The notes beneath the pieces were generated by a model that did no database searches, was not told the origin of the DNA, and saw nothing but the letters and a program-made list of their open reading frames with translations. From Pseudovirgaria hyperparasitica (taxonomy: Eukaryota): a stretch of 64,000 nt of DNA. The stretch lies in NCBI GenBank assembly GCA_010093815.1, contig ML996569.1. One strand, 5' to 3'. Below are positions 1-14,700 of the stretch, piece by piece. How positions within the stretch are numbered: position 1 is the stretch's first letter; each line of letters begins with the position of its first letter. A program made the translations under genes and the position numbers.

Positions 1-528
1 CCGCCCTAATCCTCGCGGATGACGGTGTCGAAATCACTGTACGTCCGTCTTATCAGCATATTGTCCTGTTATCACAGAGTTGCAACTGCGACATCACGTC
101 AAAGAATTGCGCAAACCAGGAATTGCATTCGCTGACAATTTTACACAGGCAGACAAGCTCCAAACTCTCATCAAGGCCGCAAACATCGAAGACGTCGAGC
201 CGATATGGACATCCCTCTTCGCCAAGGTATACATCTTCCAGCAACGCAACCACTGAGCAGAAAAGTAACATCGTCTAGGCTCTTGAAGGCAAAGACGTAA
301 AGGACCTGCTTCTCAACGTTGGCTCTGGCGGAGGTGCCGCCGCTGCTCCAGCTGCCGGTGGTGCTGCCGCCGCCGGTGGTGACGCCGAGGAGGCCAAGGA
401 GGAGGCTAAGGAAGAGGGTATGTTCATTTCCCCACTCCATCTCGCATACATACAAGACGTCACTTGCTTACAAACCTACAGAGAAGGAAGAGTCGGACGA
501 CGACATGGGCTTCGGTCTGTTCGACTAA
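1..528 (+). CDS. RPP1: 60S acidic ribosomal protein P1 (5' truncated by window edge)
   Basis: Exons <1-38, 149-226, 279-417, 482-528 splice to [49 protein letters not shown]../[15 protein letters not shown], the canonical P-protein C-terminus. Confidence 0.97.
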
Positions 529-1053
529 GCGCATTTCCTTTGTATCCCTCCCTCACCAAACCCCTTGTTCAAAACCTTCCGAATTTCAAAGAAAGCTACG
601 AAATGCATGTGGGATCCGGCTGCTCAGGCGTCAAGTCGTGGATGCAGATTTAGACGGTTAATACCAATATAAAAATCCGATATCCTCGACACAAAAATCG
701 ATGCTATACGGCGCAACGAAGACGTGAAATGTGACAGAAAGCTGTAGAGATGCTCGACTCTCATAAGAAGGCACGTGAGATAACGGAACAGCTGATATTT
801 TGGCACAACTCAGATGGCGTAACGAACGTGGAACTTTGTAGTGTTCACTAAGATGTGCAGATCGAAAGACCTTAGTTGACTCGTCCTACTCATGTCCATC
901 GACCCTACGTACACTCGTGCGTCTGACTCAATTAGAGCGGCGCGACCAGCGCCATTGCCACTCCAGTTTCCCCGTATAATACAAATAATCAGACATTAAT
1001 CCTAATTCCCAAGCTCATCCAAAGCGCCATATAACCAAAATATTCCCCCACCC

Positions 1054-4000
1054 CTATACCCTCCGCTGCGTGTTACTCAGCAGTCGATCCGCCCGTTCAA
1101 ATACCAAACTCGTCCCTGGAAACCCGGCCTGCATCGGCAACGTCGGAATAATGGACGCACTGTTGTTTGGCGCACTCATACCCAAAGCCTGCGCACCGTT
1201 GGGCACCGTAGCCTGTACAGCCGCGCCCAGCGCCGCACTCAACGGCGTCGCAGGCACCGGTGTGACCGTGCCCGTCTGTAACCCATTATGATGAACAGGG
1301 GCATGATTAGTTGCTATTGTCGTATTTATTGGATTAGGGGCCGGCATAAATCTACTTGTGCCGTTTGACGCGAGAGAGACACTTGTTCCGGGGCGGGAGA
1401 TAGGGGCTGTGAGATGTGAGCTAGCTGAGCTGCCCATGGTGTTGTTATTGATGGAGATTTCGGGGGCAGGGAGGAGTTGAGCAGTTTGCGGGGTCATGCG
1501 GGACCAAGGAGAGGCGTTGATTTCCATGGAAACGTCCTTTACGGCCTTATGAATGGGCTTCAGAGTACGGCGGAGATCAGGGATTGTGGCCACATGGGCA
1601 TTTTCGACAACAAGAGTAGCGAAATCTCCCCACATCTATGAGATTAGGTCAGTGGCAATTGCTAAGAAGAGAGTGCATGAGCTTACCTTGCAGAACCCAG
1701 TAGCCTGTTGCCAGAAGTCTGGTTGGTTACGAGCGAGCACATCCCTAAGTTTAATGGCTGACATTCGGCGGTTGAGCATGTCAGTCACGGACAGGATGTC
1801 ATCGCTTTTCTGGACGAGCTCAGCCAAGACACGAATTTTCGCAACAGGCGGTATCATTTCGGATTCCGAGGCTATCCTATGCTTGTGAAATAGATGTCGG
1901 TAGTTAGGCAGAATTCTTGTGATCCTCTCTGTAGCTGTTTTGAGCTTCAGAAAGATCTTTTCGAAGGATGTTTCCTCGTTTGCTTCATGATCATTCTGAT
2001 ATGCGGTATTCCTGGTACTGAGTGCTGCGAACGATTCTCCAGACCGTGGCGTTACGCCGCGGTCAATGCTTCGTGTATTGGTTCGACTATGATTGTATCC
2101 ATGCACAGACCCTGGCTGAAGTGTAGAAGTTGGATAGGCGTCGTAGCTACCATTGTTGGTCCTCCGTCGTGGTATGTCTCGCTCCATGGATGCCACATTT
2201 GAAGATGAGCCACGTTTGCTAGTAACTGTCTGGTTGCTATATCGTATAGGAGGTTGCATCATAGATTCCAGATTCGCCCCAAGCACAGAGCATGCGTTGC
2301 GTATTTCAGCAGTACTACCCTGAATCAACAGCATCACAGTCCGAAGTAGTCGAGGGTCAGAGCTTTGATAGATCTCCTTTGCACTGTCATATATTGATAC
2401 AAACAGCAACATGTACTTCTGTATGCTGTCGATCAAATATGTGCGAATCTTGGCCGAGAGGTTTGTTGCGTCGTCGTCGTCCTCTTCTGCAAGGGTATCA
2501 AATTGTTGGAGATGTGCACCTAGCTCACGTATTCGCCCATCGGCGTCTTTTAATCGCCTGTTTAGATGCATCTGTCTTTCAAGTCCATTGTCTGCTCTTG
2601 AAAACTTGAGATTGCGTGTGATTTGCACTACTGGTGCGTGAAGTTGGGATATTGCGTACAACACGGTCTTGGAGGCTTCAACGACGACGTCCGGTGCACG
2701 AGATCTTCTTTTATGTTCTAGTAAGTCGGATAGAGGCCTGTGGGTGATTGTTCGCTGGGAGGCACCGTCCATAGACGAGAAGCTAGAGTTTGCAGAAAGC
2801 ACAGCAGAGCCAGGTAATGTGCTACCAGAAAGTGACATCGCAGAGCTTTGACTTGAAGTTCGAGAGTGATCGGCGGTTTGCTTCCGTACTTCGTCAACGT
2901 TTCCAAGTTCAGACACATTTTTGATAATCAATCCTCCCCGCTTTGCACGAATCGTCGCCGAATTTGCACCCTCGCTCGAGCTTCGATTCCGTTCGTTGCT
3001 TGTTGCGAGCGGAGATATGATAGGTCTTCGGCCGTTGGTGCTCTGCTGTGACTGGCCACGGTAATGGGATCGCACGATATGGTATGGAGGCATGCCTGGT
3101 GATTCTGGCTTGGATAGTGCGTCAAAAACGTCTAGCCCACTTATGCTTGGTTTGACGGGAAATCTACCGCTCATCATCCGCTTTGCAGGTCGGGGAGTAT
3201 CGACAGTACTTTCGCTATTGTTTTGTTAGTTGAAAGCTGAAAGGTTTGAAAGTGCGAGAGGAAGGGGGTCACTGACCTTGAATCTCCCTCTGACTCAATG
3301 CGTAGTCTTTCACGAGTTGCAATTTGCCTCAGGTACCTCTTGACCTGTGTGGTTATGACGGCGTCCTTTTCGTTCTCATTCGAGGGTGCAGGGGCATCTT
3401 TCTTGATTGTACATATATCGTGTGGCGGAAACGTTATAGGATTGCCGTCGAGCTTCAAGACCTGCAAGCTTCCTATCTCGCCCAGGCACAACGGTAATTT
3501 TTCAATTTTATTTCTCTGGATGGCTAAAACTTTGAGGGAGGTAAGGTTGGCGATCTCGTCTGGTAAGACTTTTATTCTATTTTTGCTGACGTCGAGAATC
3601 TCCAGTGAGAAGAGTTGCAACACCTGTGGCAATCAATTAGTACTCTTAGCTCATCTGTAATGCATGTCATATGTCTTACTGATGGGGGCAAGTCTCGCAT
3701 GGAGTTATATCGAACATTGAGGTACCGCAGACGATGACATTCTGACAGCCTGGTAGGGAGCACGGACAAATGGTTGTGCGACAGAGCAAGTCTGTTGACA
3801 ATCAGTATTTCCAGGCAACAAAGCCATTAGGATATTTCAATCTCGCCTTTCAATCTCATCCTTAATAATATCAATCACCTCCTCTGGTAGACGCGAAATG
3901 CCTTTGTGACCCAAATCGATTGTGATGCCGGGTTTTTGCAAGTCTTTCGGTGTCTCTTCTTCGTCCACCCGTCGCGTCTCCTCTCGCGCAGATTCGATAG

Positions 4001-4064
4001 CTTCTCTGGCGAGACCTACAACCTCGTCGTCGGAGACGGTTGGACGGGAAGGCTCGTCGCTCAT
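1054..4064 (-). CDS. SOG2: RAM signalling network leucine-rich repeat protein Sog2 (multi-exon)
   Basis: N-terminal LRRs (TIDLGHKGISRLPEE, LRYLNVRYN, LEILDVSKNRIKVLP, LQVLKLDGNPI) followed by SOG2-type helical region (VVEASKTVLYAISQLH, DPRLLRTVMLLIQGSTAEIRNA, FWQQATGFCK); ORF pieces 3837-4064, 3572-3769, 3174-3632, 1636-3177, 1054-1635 joined by introns. Confidence 0.88.
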
Positions 4065-4734
4065 CGTTGCGATCGCGTTCGACGGCTCGATATGATGCTA
4101 TCTGGTTGAAGTCGTGATCATTATTGCGCTGTAATTATGCCGAGATCTTCGCTGTAGTCGGTGTTATAACCACCTGGGTTGTGGCCACAATCGTCCCTGC
4201 GAGCGCGAACAGCTGGATGCTGAGTTGAAGAGGTGTAGGTCTGAGGTCGCTGACGACACATGCAAGTCCCTCTGACATCGGTCTCATCTTTTTACCCCTG
4301 CGGCGTTGGACCGGCCAGGAAGGGGAAAGTGTGACTAGCTGCCCCTCAAAAAACGGCCGGCTAGCTATCTTTCGGTGTGCTAGCCGCCCGCGCTTGGTGG
4401 GACTTTGTGGGCACATCGACATCGCGGCGATCGAACATAAGCTTCGTGGTGTGTTCTAGAAATTTCAATTACATTGACCAGACAGACATATATCAATTAT
4501 TGCGTTCACAACAAGATGTGCATCGTTGGGGCTGTCCAGATGCTGGAGAGCCAAAAGCTATATGGAAGATAAGCAACCAAATTTGAAATAATCAAACATT
4601 CAGACTCGATAATCTTGGGGCTTTCCTAGCAAAAACGGAGTAGACATTCCGTTCGCGCTATCGCTGAATGTTACATCAGAACAGGTACCGAAAGAAACGC
4701 CGTGATGAATCTAGAGATGTTGCGAGCCAACATG

Positions 4735-6446
4735 CTAGGAGTATTTCTCAAAGTCGACCTTCTTAGCTCTTTCACTATGACCGCTCACATCAATACGCAC
4801 GCTAGTTCTCGTTTCCAGCGCCGCGGTGTCTAGATCCCACCCCTTCACCCTCAATTCTGCTACCCATTCCATGAACTTGCTGTTCAGCTGCTCCAGACTC
4901 TGACGTAAGCGTTCAAGCACCGCGTCCTCTGCAGACGATACAGTCTCAAGTTTCACTTCGCTCTTCGTCACAGGCTGTTTCTCTCGCTGTTGGTGACGCA
5001 TATGCTCAAGCAAACATGCGTGCCACCATGCCTTGATCTGGTCTATCGGCGTACATCCGCGCTTGAGAATGATGAGGTAGGTGTTCGTCGAGGGGTGTGG
5101 CCACAGGATGTAGTTTTGTGAGTCGAAGACTTCGAGGAGGGTGGAGATAGAAATCCGGGGAAAGTGAGACAGGGTTGCTTGGTTGGCTGGAGCGAGAGAG
5201 GAGAGAAGAGTGATGAGGGGGACGCCGATGTGTGCTTTCGCTAGACGCTTCGAGGTTGAGGATGCTGTTACTGCAGAAACAGGGAGAAATAGTGTGGAGG
5301 ACGGATAGAAGATGTATTCGCACGCAGCAATGTGAGCAGGGCTGGGTACCCCCATGGAAGCATTTTTGGGAGCAATTAGATGCTGGAAAACCAGCCCAGC
5401 CCGCTGTCGATTCAAGGTTCGCATGCAAACTGCTCGTACCGCTAAGGTGTTGAGCATCAAATGCAGCACTAGAAGAACGATCAGGGACGCCCATGTTGCG
5501 AGCGGCGTCGTTATCCTTGACACGACCAGAGAACCGGCGAGCATGCCCAAAAGTGAAATCACAGTTTCCTGACTGGCGTCCTTCTGCAGCTCGTTAGCTT
5601 CATGAGGAAAGTAATACTCAGCGTTGGGTAGAAGGGCTGACCGCATTCAACTCTCCCAAATTTCCCCACCTCGCAAAATGTGCACTGAGGCTCGCCTTTG
5701 CGCTGCCGGCCGCAACGCCGCATAGACTTCGAAGCATACTGCTTGCGCTGAACACGATAACTCGAAAGGGCCGGGGGAAAATAGGACTTAGACAATCTAG
5801 GACCATGGCCGCATCGTTAAATACGTCGGCAGCGAGGCGATATGTTTTACATTCGGGTTCAATGGCTTTGCCCAAGCGGTGCGCGAACAGGATAGTAGTG
5901 ATGCGGCCAGCAGCTTCTTGCAGTATAGATAAAAGAATGGCGTAGTTTGGAGTCGTACTTGCATCGCCGACACCAACACCTATGATATTGTTAATCTGGT
6001 TCGTGCGACATCGAAATGAAGGCTCTACCTTCAAGAACAGCACGATTGGACAGTAAGCCGGCGATTGAGCTTGCGAAGGCTTGGAGTGAGTCCTTGAATG
6101 GTTTCAGCAGCTTGATATCCAATATGAACTCGCATTGTTACATAAATCTGATATCTGACGAATATATCAGTATTGTATATGTCGTGTACTCGCATCTATA
6201 CATACTCTAAGTAGTCCTCTGTTACACTATGTGGATAGCCTGCGGGAAGGAAGACATCGAGTAGCTTCTGCCATGGGGATTTGCCGTCGTTCGGAAACTT
6301 TGAGAGTTTTGTAAGCATGCATTGAACCAGGCGACATGTTCAAACCTTACAATGACATCTATTCTGGTCTTTCCTTCATTGTTGATGGTTTCAACATATG
6401 TCGAAGTCAACTTCCCAGCTTCATCTAGCTCGTATATTTCTGGCAT
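4735..6446 (-). CDS. RUS1/DUF647 family protein (multi-exon)
   Basis: Motifs GVGVGDAS, ILFAHRLGKAIEPECKTYRLAADVFNDAAM, ASLSAHFARWGNLGELNA, KDASQETVISLLGMLAGS, AVRAVCMRTLNRQRA; ATG at 6446 (MPEIYELDEAG). Confidence 0.9.
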
Positions 6447-7554
6447 GATGAAGTGGTGCAGCAAAGGCCAAATGATGATGGATGTTCCGGACGGACCAGT
6501 CACTACTAGCAGGGTCGCGTTGGGCTAAGCAAGAAAACTTTACATGGGTCCACCGATGCGTACCTCATGTTTTGTTTATGGAAACCCGTCATAAACAAAA
6601 TCTATGGTATTTGAAATGCGATGCAACATCTTCTGCGTTATTATTAATGAAATAACAAGGCAGACATAGACTTATATGACATATCTCAAGCAGACCCGAT
6701 ACGAAATATGTACACGACCTAAGGCTATTCGATTGATGATTTATATTGGCTTATGATGAAGTGGGCAGAGATGCCATACCAATCACTCCTACGGTATGAT
6801 AATTGCACAATTCCTCGTGTCTACAGCCTTGAAAGCGGAGCAGAAACCTGTCGCCGAAAGAGCACCACGTGGTTTATCTTCGCCTCAAATCCTGAAAGGG
6901 TACATCGTATATGCCATATGATGAGTAAATAACAGAGAGAAAAAACCAGCACCGGAAAAGCCATATATGCAGTCGTCAGATCATCAAAAATATTGCTAGA
7001 ATATAGCCTCGCCAATGAGCCGATATATAACGCCGATAACAACAGTACCGTCAGGCTGCATGAATGCCACACCAGACGGAAGGCCGGGTGAGATGAGGTT
7101 CGCGGGTGATGGGAAATGATGATCGGAAGAGGAGTGGTGTGTCGGCAGTTGTAGGCAGGATGATCATTATATGCTCGTAAATGTGTGCAGTCTCATGTAT
7201 GGGATGAGAGATTCAATGCAAACGGGATCTCCCAGCGTGCTGCGTGGTTTCGTCATGGGTGACGAGCGGCGCAGCAGTGTGACTGAAGGTGGGAGGTCCT
7301 GATGCCCAGGAGACGGTTCGACGGAAAAGGCCCGGTTCTGGGTAGCTCACTTAAGTCAAGCAGGCACGCCAGGTTTTCGAAAATGCTGTAACGGTGCAAA
7401 CCTCCCAGATGCTCGCATAACTGCGAGCGGGCGTACTCATTTCTGAAGCCCAATGCAATGCAGATGGGTTGATCATAATAATAACAAGAAGTGAAAGAGT
7501 GAGACCGTATTTCGATCCACCGTTCGACCCTTTTGGATCTAGACATTACGCCCA

Positions 7555-8766
7555 TCACTCTTCCATGCGATCGGCAGCCTCACTTTCTTCTCTGAGTTGA
7601 CCCCCGCTTCGTTTTCTCCAACCCAATTTGCTCGACACTCGTTTCCATTGGTTGGCCGTCGCATTAGCTAGGCTCGCATGATCTCCACGGGTGCTCCGTG
7701 GGCTACTGTTCGCACTTGAGATGTAGCCGGTTTGGGTGGTGGTATGAGGATGACTGCTGTTGTATAGCTCTGCAGCCCACCCACCACCGTATTGTTCACT
7801 CATTGGGGGCGTTGTTGGTGGTGTCATTGGGTCATTTGATGGTGAAACGCTCCCAGAGTCGTCCGTAAGCGTCTCTGATCCAGAGGCGTTGCTGTGAGTA
7901 GATGCAAACCGAGCCGGACCAGATGCAAATCGAGAGTGTTGCGTAGCAGGGCCTAGAGAACGGGAATAAGTAGCAGGCGCTGATGCACGATTGTAAGCAT
8001 GTGTCGGTATCGAGGTGGCTTGTGATGTCGTTTGTCGCACATGTTGTTGAGTGTGTGCGGTAGCGTAATAAGCCTGAGCATCGTACTGCTGTGTAGAGGT
8101 GTCGAGGTTTTCGTCAGAGGAGTTAGCCTGAATGCCACTAGCTGGACATTGGCTGTTGAGAAATGGTACCAGAACAGATTCTTCCATGAGCTCATATACC
8201 ATGCGAACCGCAGTGTCTAGAACAGTCGGATCCGGTGGTAGAGCCGAATCAGCTTGCGCCTGACGGAGAAGATGATCTCGTGTTTCCGCAGGTAAATTCA
8301 CTTCGCGGTTTCCGCCAGGTGCAATGTAAGCGTCGACTAATCTTCTCCACAACTTTTTGACGTTGGCACCTTCGTCACTTGAGAAGGGTTTTCGATTGAC
8401 CATTTTAGCATAATGTTTCTTGTATCGTGAAGCGTCCATGGTGAATTCCAGTGTTTCAAGACAATGTTTGCGAGATAAGTAGGCCATAAAGTCGGCGAGC
8501 GAATATGGCGATTGTGAGGTATTTGCTAATATTTCGGACAGATTCGGTCTCCTTGTGCAGTACGGACCAGACGATGTGGACCGCGGTATTGACACGGTCA
8601 GAGGTCGAGTGGAAAGGTATTCGGTAGCCATCTTGGGCTTGTACCGAGTTTCTTCTTCCTCGCTACTCGACTCGTAGACGGCGGTGGAAGTGGAGAAGGA
8701 ATGGGAAGATTTGGATGATATTGTCTTGATCTGCAGCGAGGGCTTGTTGGATTTCCGATGTGGCAT
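7555..8766 (-). CDS. Regulator of G-protein signalling (RgsA-like)
   Basis: RGS domain: PNLSEILAN..PYSLADFMAYLSRKHCLETLEFTMDASRY..YIAPGGNREVNLP..VYELMEESVLVPFLN; first ATG at 8766. Confidence 0.88.
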   Translation of the reverse strand: MPHRKSNKPSLQIKTISSKSSHSFSTSTAVYESSSEEEETRYKPKMATEYLSTRPLTVSIPRSTSSGPYCTRRPNLSEILANTSQSPYSLADFMAYLSRKHCLETLEFTMDASRYKKHYAKMVNRKPFSSDEGANVKKLWRRLVDAYIAPGGNREVNLPAETRDHLLRQAQADSALPPDPTVLDTAVRMVYELMEESVLVPFLNSQCPASGIQANSSDENLDTSTQQYDAQAYYATAHTQQHVRQTTSQATSIPTHAYNRASAPATYSRSLGPATQHSRFASGPARFASTHSNASGSETLTDDSGSVSPSNDPMTPPTTPPMSEQYGGGWAAELYNSSHPHTTTQTGYISSANSSPRSTRGDHASLANATANQWKRVSSKLGWRKRSGGQLREESEAADRMEE

Positions 8767-11700
8767 AACGGATCTCCACAAGGTACGATGGGTCCGGCCG
8801 GCGGTCTCTTCGCTGTCGTTAGAACTAAAGCAAACGCAAAGCTGCAAAGGCCGCGAACGGCTGTTTTGAGAAGCCACGGTTGCGGATAACCAAGATAAAA
8901 CGATCGAAAGAGCGCGATTGCAACCAAAGGTAACAATGCAGAGTGCAGTGTAAGTGATGTTCTGTTATATTACCAGCTCATTGGCTTCGACAGTGGTGCA
9001 ACGCCTGGAGAGAGTGGTAGGCACGGGAGCTCTATAGGCGTTACGAACGAACGAGTAAAGGGCTACACTCTGCGTTCCTCGCACAAGACGTCTCGAAAAG
9101 GCGCGTTGCAGTATTGAGAATGTTTGTGTAGCAGAGCTAAAGCAGCCGTTGCCTGACAAACGAGATCTGATGACTACTCTTCTCGATATTGGTTTCCTAA
9201 CGCTTCCTTATATGATACTGTGGTCAATCCCACCTGACTTTATGAACTATTGTGCCAGGTTCTGGTAGGGTTGAGACGTCAAAGAATGCTGAATGTATCG
9301 ACGATGTTCGACTAGTTGGTGGGATCTGTAATGCAAACACGGTCGAGGAATGTGAATCGAGTCTCCGGTGGCTTCAGGAATGTCGGTCGATGTATGGGGA
9401 TGCTGTTACGATCTTTGAGCGAAAAAAAAAACAGACGAGTGGAATTGTCGTCAGAGCGATGATGAGAGCGGTTGACCAGACGAAGTAGTGTAGTGTAGGG
9501 TGGTGGCGCGGCAGTGGAAGGAAGCAGGGAGGCAGCGGTACCAGGATTGATATGGCACTTAAGATGTGTGTTCGATCCAAGGAAACGAGGGATTGATGGT
9601 ACAAGGATGTATGGCGTGAGGGACGAGAGAGAAAGAGAGATAGAGAGAGGAGGAATGGTGCAAGCGTGAGGCAGACAAGACAGCGACAAGAGAGAAGCTT
9701 GGGAGGAGAGGATAAGGTGTGAAGTGTGGGAGCGTGCTTGGGGGAGGAGGATTTCGGGTGACAAGGGCGGAGCAGAGAATGCTTCTGCGTCGCTTTCTAG
9801 CGCTTCTAAAAGAACGCCAATCACTCACTCCACTGCCTCCTCCAACCCCCTCCCCCCCCCAAAACATGTCGTCCGTTGCCCACGCCCACTCAGCGGAAAC
9901 AAGGCCTTGTTCTGACAGACAGGTTTGGCTTACGCTGAAGCACGGATGGTGATAGGAGGTAATAAAGGCTACAAGGAGCATAGCGTCGATGGGCGCACAC
10001 CGGACAGCTGATCATCTACCGTGATTAACGCTGACAATACAGACGTTCTGTAAGTAGCCAGCAGGGCATCTGTCCCTTACGGCCATGGCAGATCTCATGC
10101 ACTAGAAGGCTAGCAGAACACGCTAAACCGCCAGCCCAGCACCGGCCAAGCCAGGCGATCCCAGCCGACTCCACTGCGAGAAAGAAGAAGCCCGCGCGCC
10201 CGCCTGCCCACTGCCTACTACTGCCCACTCTACTGCCCACCGCCCACCACCCACAACCATAACCACCACACTACCACCACTACTGTTACAGTAACCCATC
10301 ATTTGACTTCAGTCCGCTGATAGGACCACTGTCGCTCCACGCTGAGGCGTCCTCCCGGCAGTGATGAGACGTCTGCGCCCGCGTTGCTCTGCTTCTGTCG
10401 CGCCTTGCCCTCTACAAGAGCATGGGGCCCCAACGGTCAAACCATGCAGAGCCCCGGCTTGTGCGTTTCGTGCTTTCTCTCCCTGTCTTCTCGAGTCCGT
10501 CTCCTTCTCAAGATATTCTCACTACGCGGAGTTCGGACAATATGCCAACAAATGAGCGCTCATTCTGGTCGATGCCAGCAGGCAGGCCGCCCGTATGCCG
10601 CGCAGTAGTGCTAGAGCACGCATAATGGAATAGAACTGGCGAGAAAACGTATTGCTGTCCACTTCGCCGTCCGTCAGCGTGCACGACTTGTAACACGCTT
10701 TGGACGTCAATTTACGACAGCAATTTCAAACCTTGCTGGTAAAATAATCGACCCGAATTTTCCTGCTGGGTCCTTGTCTTACCATGTCGGAGACGGTGAA
10801 TCACGGCGAGCCAGAGCCGCAGCCAGGCCAGCGCGGTAGGGCCAGCTCGCAAGCTTCGCATTTCATTTCACAACATTAGCACGAAGCTAATTCGACGCAG
10901 CGGAAACTTTCTTCTACTGACTCTGGCCTAATTCCGTAGCGTCTGCGTTTCGCTACCTATACTACCGCGGTACACTACACTTGCGGTGTCGTCGACCTCC
11001 AGGTGCTCCACGTCTATGGCATCATATCTATGGTCACGGAAGAAAAGAAAGAAAAAAAGACTCATTGTTTGCTCACGACTCCACACTGAATACAAACAAT
11101 CTGTGCATGGTCGGCACAGCAAGCAGCGGACAATTCTCACTGCAGGCCCCTAACATCCCAGATTTCCAGGGCCATGAATAATATATAAGCAGCGGAAAAG
11201 CCTTGACCTCATCCTGGCCATGTCGAGCCGTGCAAGTATGACAGAGTGGCGACATGTGGACTTCTACTGCATACATATTAGTACATGGAATACTTTTCGA
11301 AGAGGCTGATGCGCCGAAGGTGGGGAGATTCAGCACTATCAATTATAATGTCGACAGACGTAGCCCACTTCCAATACTCTTTGAAGCATCTGGCATTTCA
11401 ATGCGGTCTGGAGACGGCTTGCCTTGTTAAGCCTGATCGCGGCCGCTTGACCGTCTCAGGCATCGACCCGGGACCGCTCTATGGCCCAAACAGGACGGTG
11501 ACAATCATTCCTCTGCCTATATCCGGGTGCATCGACGGTCCGATCACCGTCACATCGCGAAAATGGAAAACCCTACTGCGAGAACATGGTGATAATGCAC
11601 CAATTGTAGGCACGCAAAGCCTCAACTTGTTCAAACTTCAACCAGCAACCAATTTGTTGTCTCATCTGCCACGGACCAAATCTCTTTCGCACATGTGCCA

Positions 11701-14700
11701 CCCGCAAGCGCCACCCGGTGTCCTGGCATCCGCCTCTGTTTCTCGCACTCACGCTTGGTGACCTTCCTAATCAACTTGGACATCCCTCGCTCGGCTGTTA
11801 GAGCACGGTTATTGTGAGACGTCAGCAATTCGATGGACCGCAATAGTCCAGCCAACCACGTCGCGAAAGCCTCATACGCCACTCATCCACCGTGGCTGCA
11901 TGGAAGGTTTCTCGAACATTGCCCCTTACTGCCTAGTCGCACCATCGCTTTCTCTCTCGCTCTGATGCCCTGTATCATGGTACCAGGCTGGCTCAAAAGT
12001 CGCACAGTGACACCGGCTGTATCGGCTTGCGACGACTCCACGTCCATGCTCACGCTCCCTGGAAAGGCGCTTACGTGCCTGACAAGGGAGTCATCATCAG
12101 GGATTCTGAAGAGACAGACAATGCTGTGTTGCATCTTCGCACGTGTTTCTATTGCTCTAGAGTACCTGCTCTCCGCGGCTCGGCATATCACGATGAGTAC
12201 CTTCGTCCACGTCGAACACAACACCGAGCTCGGGACTCACGACCGGAGTGCATTGTGCAGCAATAAAATCTGTTGAGCCGTCGCATGCCGCCAGATGTTC
12301 ATTATTTCTTCTCACATCCTCATGCGCCACGGTCAAAGAACACGCGCTTCGTTTCCTCGTTCTTTGGACTCAACAGCCCCTCCCTTCAAGATGAATTAAT
12401 AGCCTCCGCTCCACCAATGTGAAGCTGAAGATGCGCATGTCTGCATGGAAATACAAGCCTACTTAAACACGAATCGTTACAGATAATCTAGCCATTGCCA
12501 TTCTGCGAGAACACTGTAAGTTATCGGCGATTGTTAGAGAAACAGCGTAAATTACCAACGGACTCTTACGCCAAATGCAACACTATGCCTTAAACCCTCC
12601 TCGTGGTCACTGGACAGTGATAAGGTTTTGAGGCCAAAGAGTGGAAATGTCATCTGCGGTCCCCGCTGAGAACTATTCCCGGACTTATAATCCACTTATT
12701 ATTGACAATCTTTCTGAAACCAATCCTCCGCGCCCGTGTCGCCCCACGCTTCACGGAACTTAAACCATTTATTTCAAATATTGAACCAAAGGTCTCTGTT
12801 CATACAGTACTATAAGCATCTAAACGTGGGGCAAGATGTCTTCCCACTTGCATGATCAGATCATGTTAGGCGAGCCATTCGCAGCACGGTAGGTCATAAG
12901 GCGGTGCCATCTCTATCTACGCACTGCGTATCAATCAATAGTGCATTAATTTATACCCTTGTAGCCATCTAATATCAGGGCTCATCTAATCAATCATACG
13001 TACCATCTTGCAGGATGCGCATATAGACTACAGGACGTCCCTCTCTCGCATGCGATAAATATTATCAATCGGTCGCTACCTTCTTCTTGTTCGTGCAAGA
13101 TATCCATATCAAAAGTGGTTACACGTCTAGTAGCGTCACGCCTGTGGCTGACTAGGGAATGGTAAATGATCAGCATTCGAGCGAATCTTCGGCAATTTGC
13201 ACCAAGCATCCACTAGCTATCTAATGCAGCACGCCATATTGCGGATAGCAAATCCTTGACGGTCGGCAGTGCAAGTCTAAGCCAATCATTTCCTAACTAT
13301 GTAAAGCTATAACAGACCATGTCGATCACGATCATGTTATCTATGAAACTAATGACTGTCTTAAGTCGCTATATGCTATAGGTTATAGACTTCATAAAGG
13401 CCATCGTTGCCTTCACTACCTGGTCCAGCATGATCATCATCGTCATCATCAAGAGATGATCGTTCGATCTCGCGCATCCTGTCACGAACCCAGTCGTCTT
13501 GGCTGATGCGAACTTGCGGTCGTCGTCAGCATAAGCGTCCTTGTTCCCACGGCTGCATGTAATCTATTTCCATGTTCACCGAGGGTCATGCTCTTCTTGA
13601 CACTCAGATATGGATACGCTAAGACAACTTGTGCTACCAGCTCTCTGGGTCGGCTGCACTTGCATCCTTGTTATCTCTCGATATTTGGCTACGCTGTCAT
13701 AGATAGGAATGAGGACCACCAAGGTGAGTGATGCCATATAGCGATAAGATAAAGTCGTTCCCCTTGTAATAGCGACTCAAGGACAGGTGATCATGGAAGC
13801 TTTGTCGTCAACCCCTTTTGAAGTTATCGAGATGAGACAGCTCTGTCGTGGACCAACGTCGACGACGGCCAGCGAGACACGAACAAGGAATACGAGTTCA
13901 TATACCGCAAGCGTGTAACCATCTGTTGCCTTTCAGAATGTCCTGCGTGGCGGTAAAAGCCAAAAGCCCGTGCTTTTCCCCTCAGCAACGTACACGGTAC
14001 TCTCTTCCTGGCCTATCCTCATGCACATATATATCGCTTTCCTCGGTCGAGCCCGTGGGCTTTCTCATCAAGCCTCTCATATCTGTAGTTTTATACAGCT
14101 CAGATGAATCTCTGAGTCACTTTTCTACCAGAACGCCTCCTCGCTTACAGCCACCTCGTACTCTCCAAGCCTCAGTGAAAATGCCGCAACCAGACCGGCG
14201 GGAGTACTGCATAGCCGTCTCCCGTCCGTCGCCAACGAGGATCGAACCAGTGCACTGGAAAGCGACCTGGGCACTTTCGCGGTCGAGGCTTGGAAAGATA
14301 TTGCGTACGTGGAGGAAGGATCAGCTGTAGATCTGACGACCTTGGCAGAAGAGATATATATTAGGCGTTCTTAGCGATGGTCGGACGTGCGGTCGCTTGG
14401 GTGGGTGGCTGTGTGTTCGCCGGCCATTGTTCCAAGGATGCGGTGTCTTTTTTTATTATTGATGCTTGGGCTGTCATGTAAGTGTTGCTGGTCGGCTGTG
14501 TGGTGGGATAGCACCGTGGTGGTAATGGTGGGAACTCAAACGGGGTCCTCAGGTTGCGCAGTATTGTGTACGTGTCAGTGACATCCTTCACTCGCCAGGC
14601 GTCTTGTGTCTTGCGTTTTGCTGGCACTATACACTTGATTGTGTACGCATGTACCCAAGTTCGCTTCAGTTCCTGTGTCTTGTCAGAGACTTTGATTGAG

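Noticed and set aside
12300..13500. RIP-degraded transposon
   Set aside because: Only mildly AT-rich; no terminal repeats and no transposase or reverse transcriptase remnants recognised
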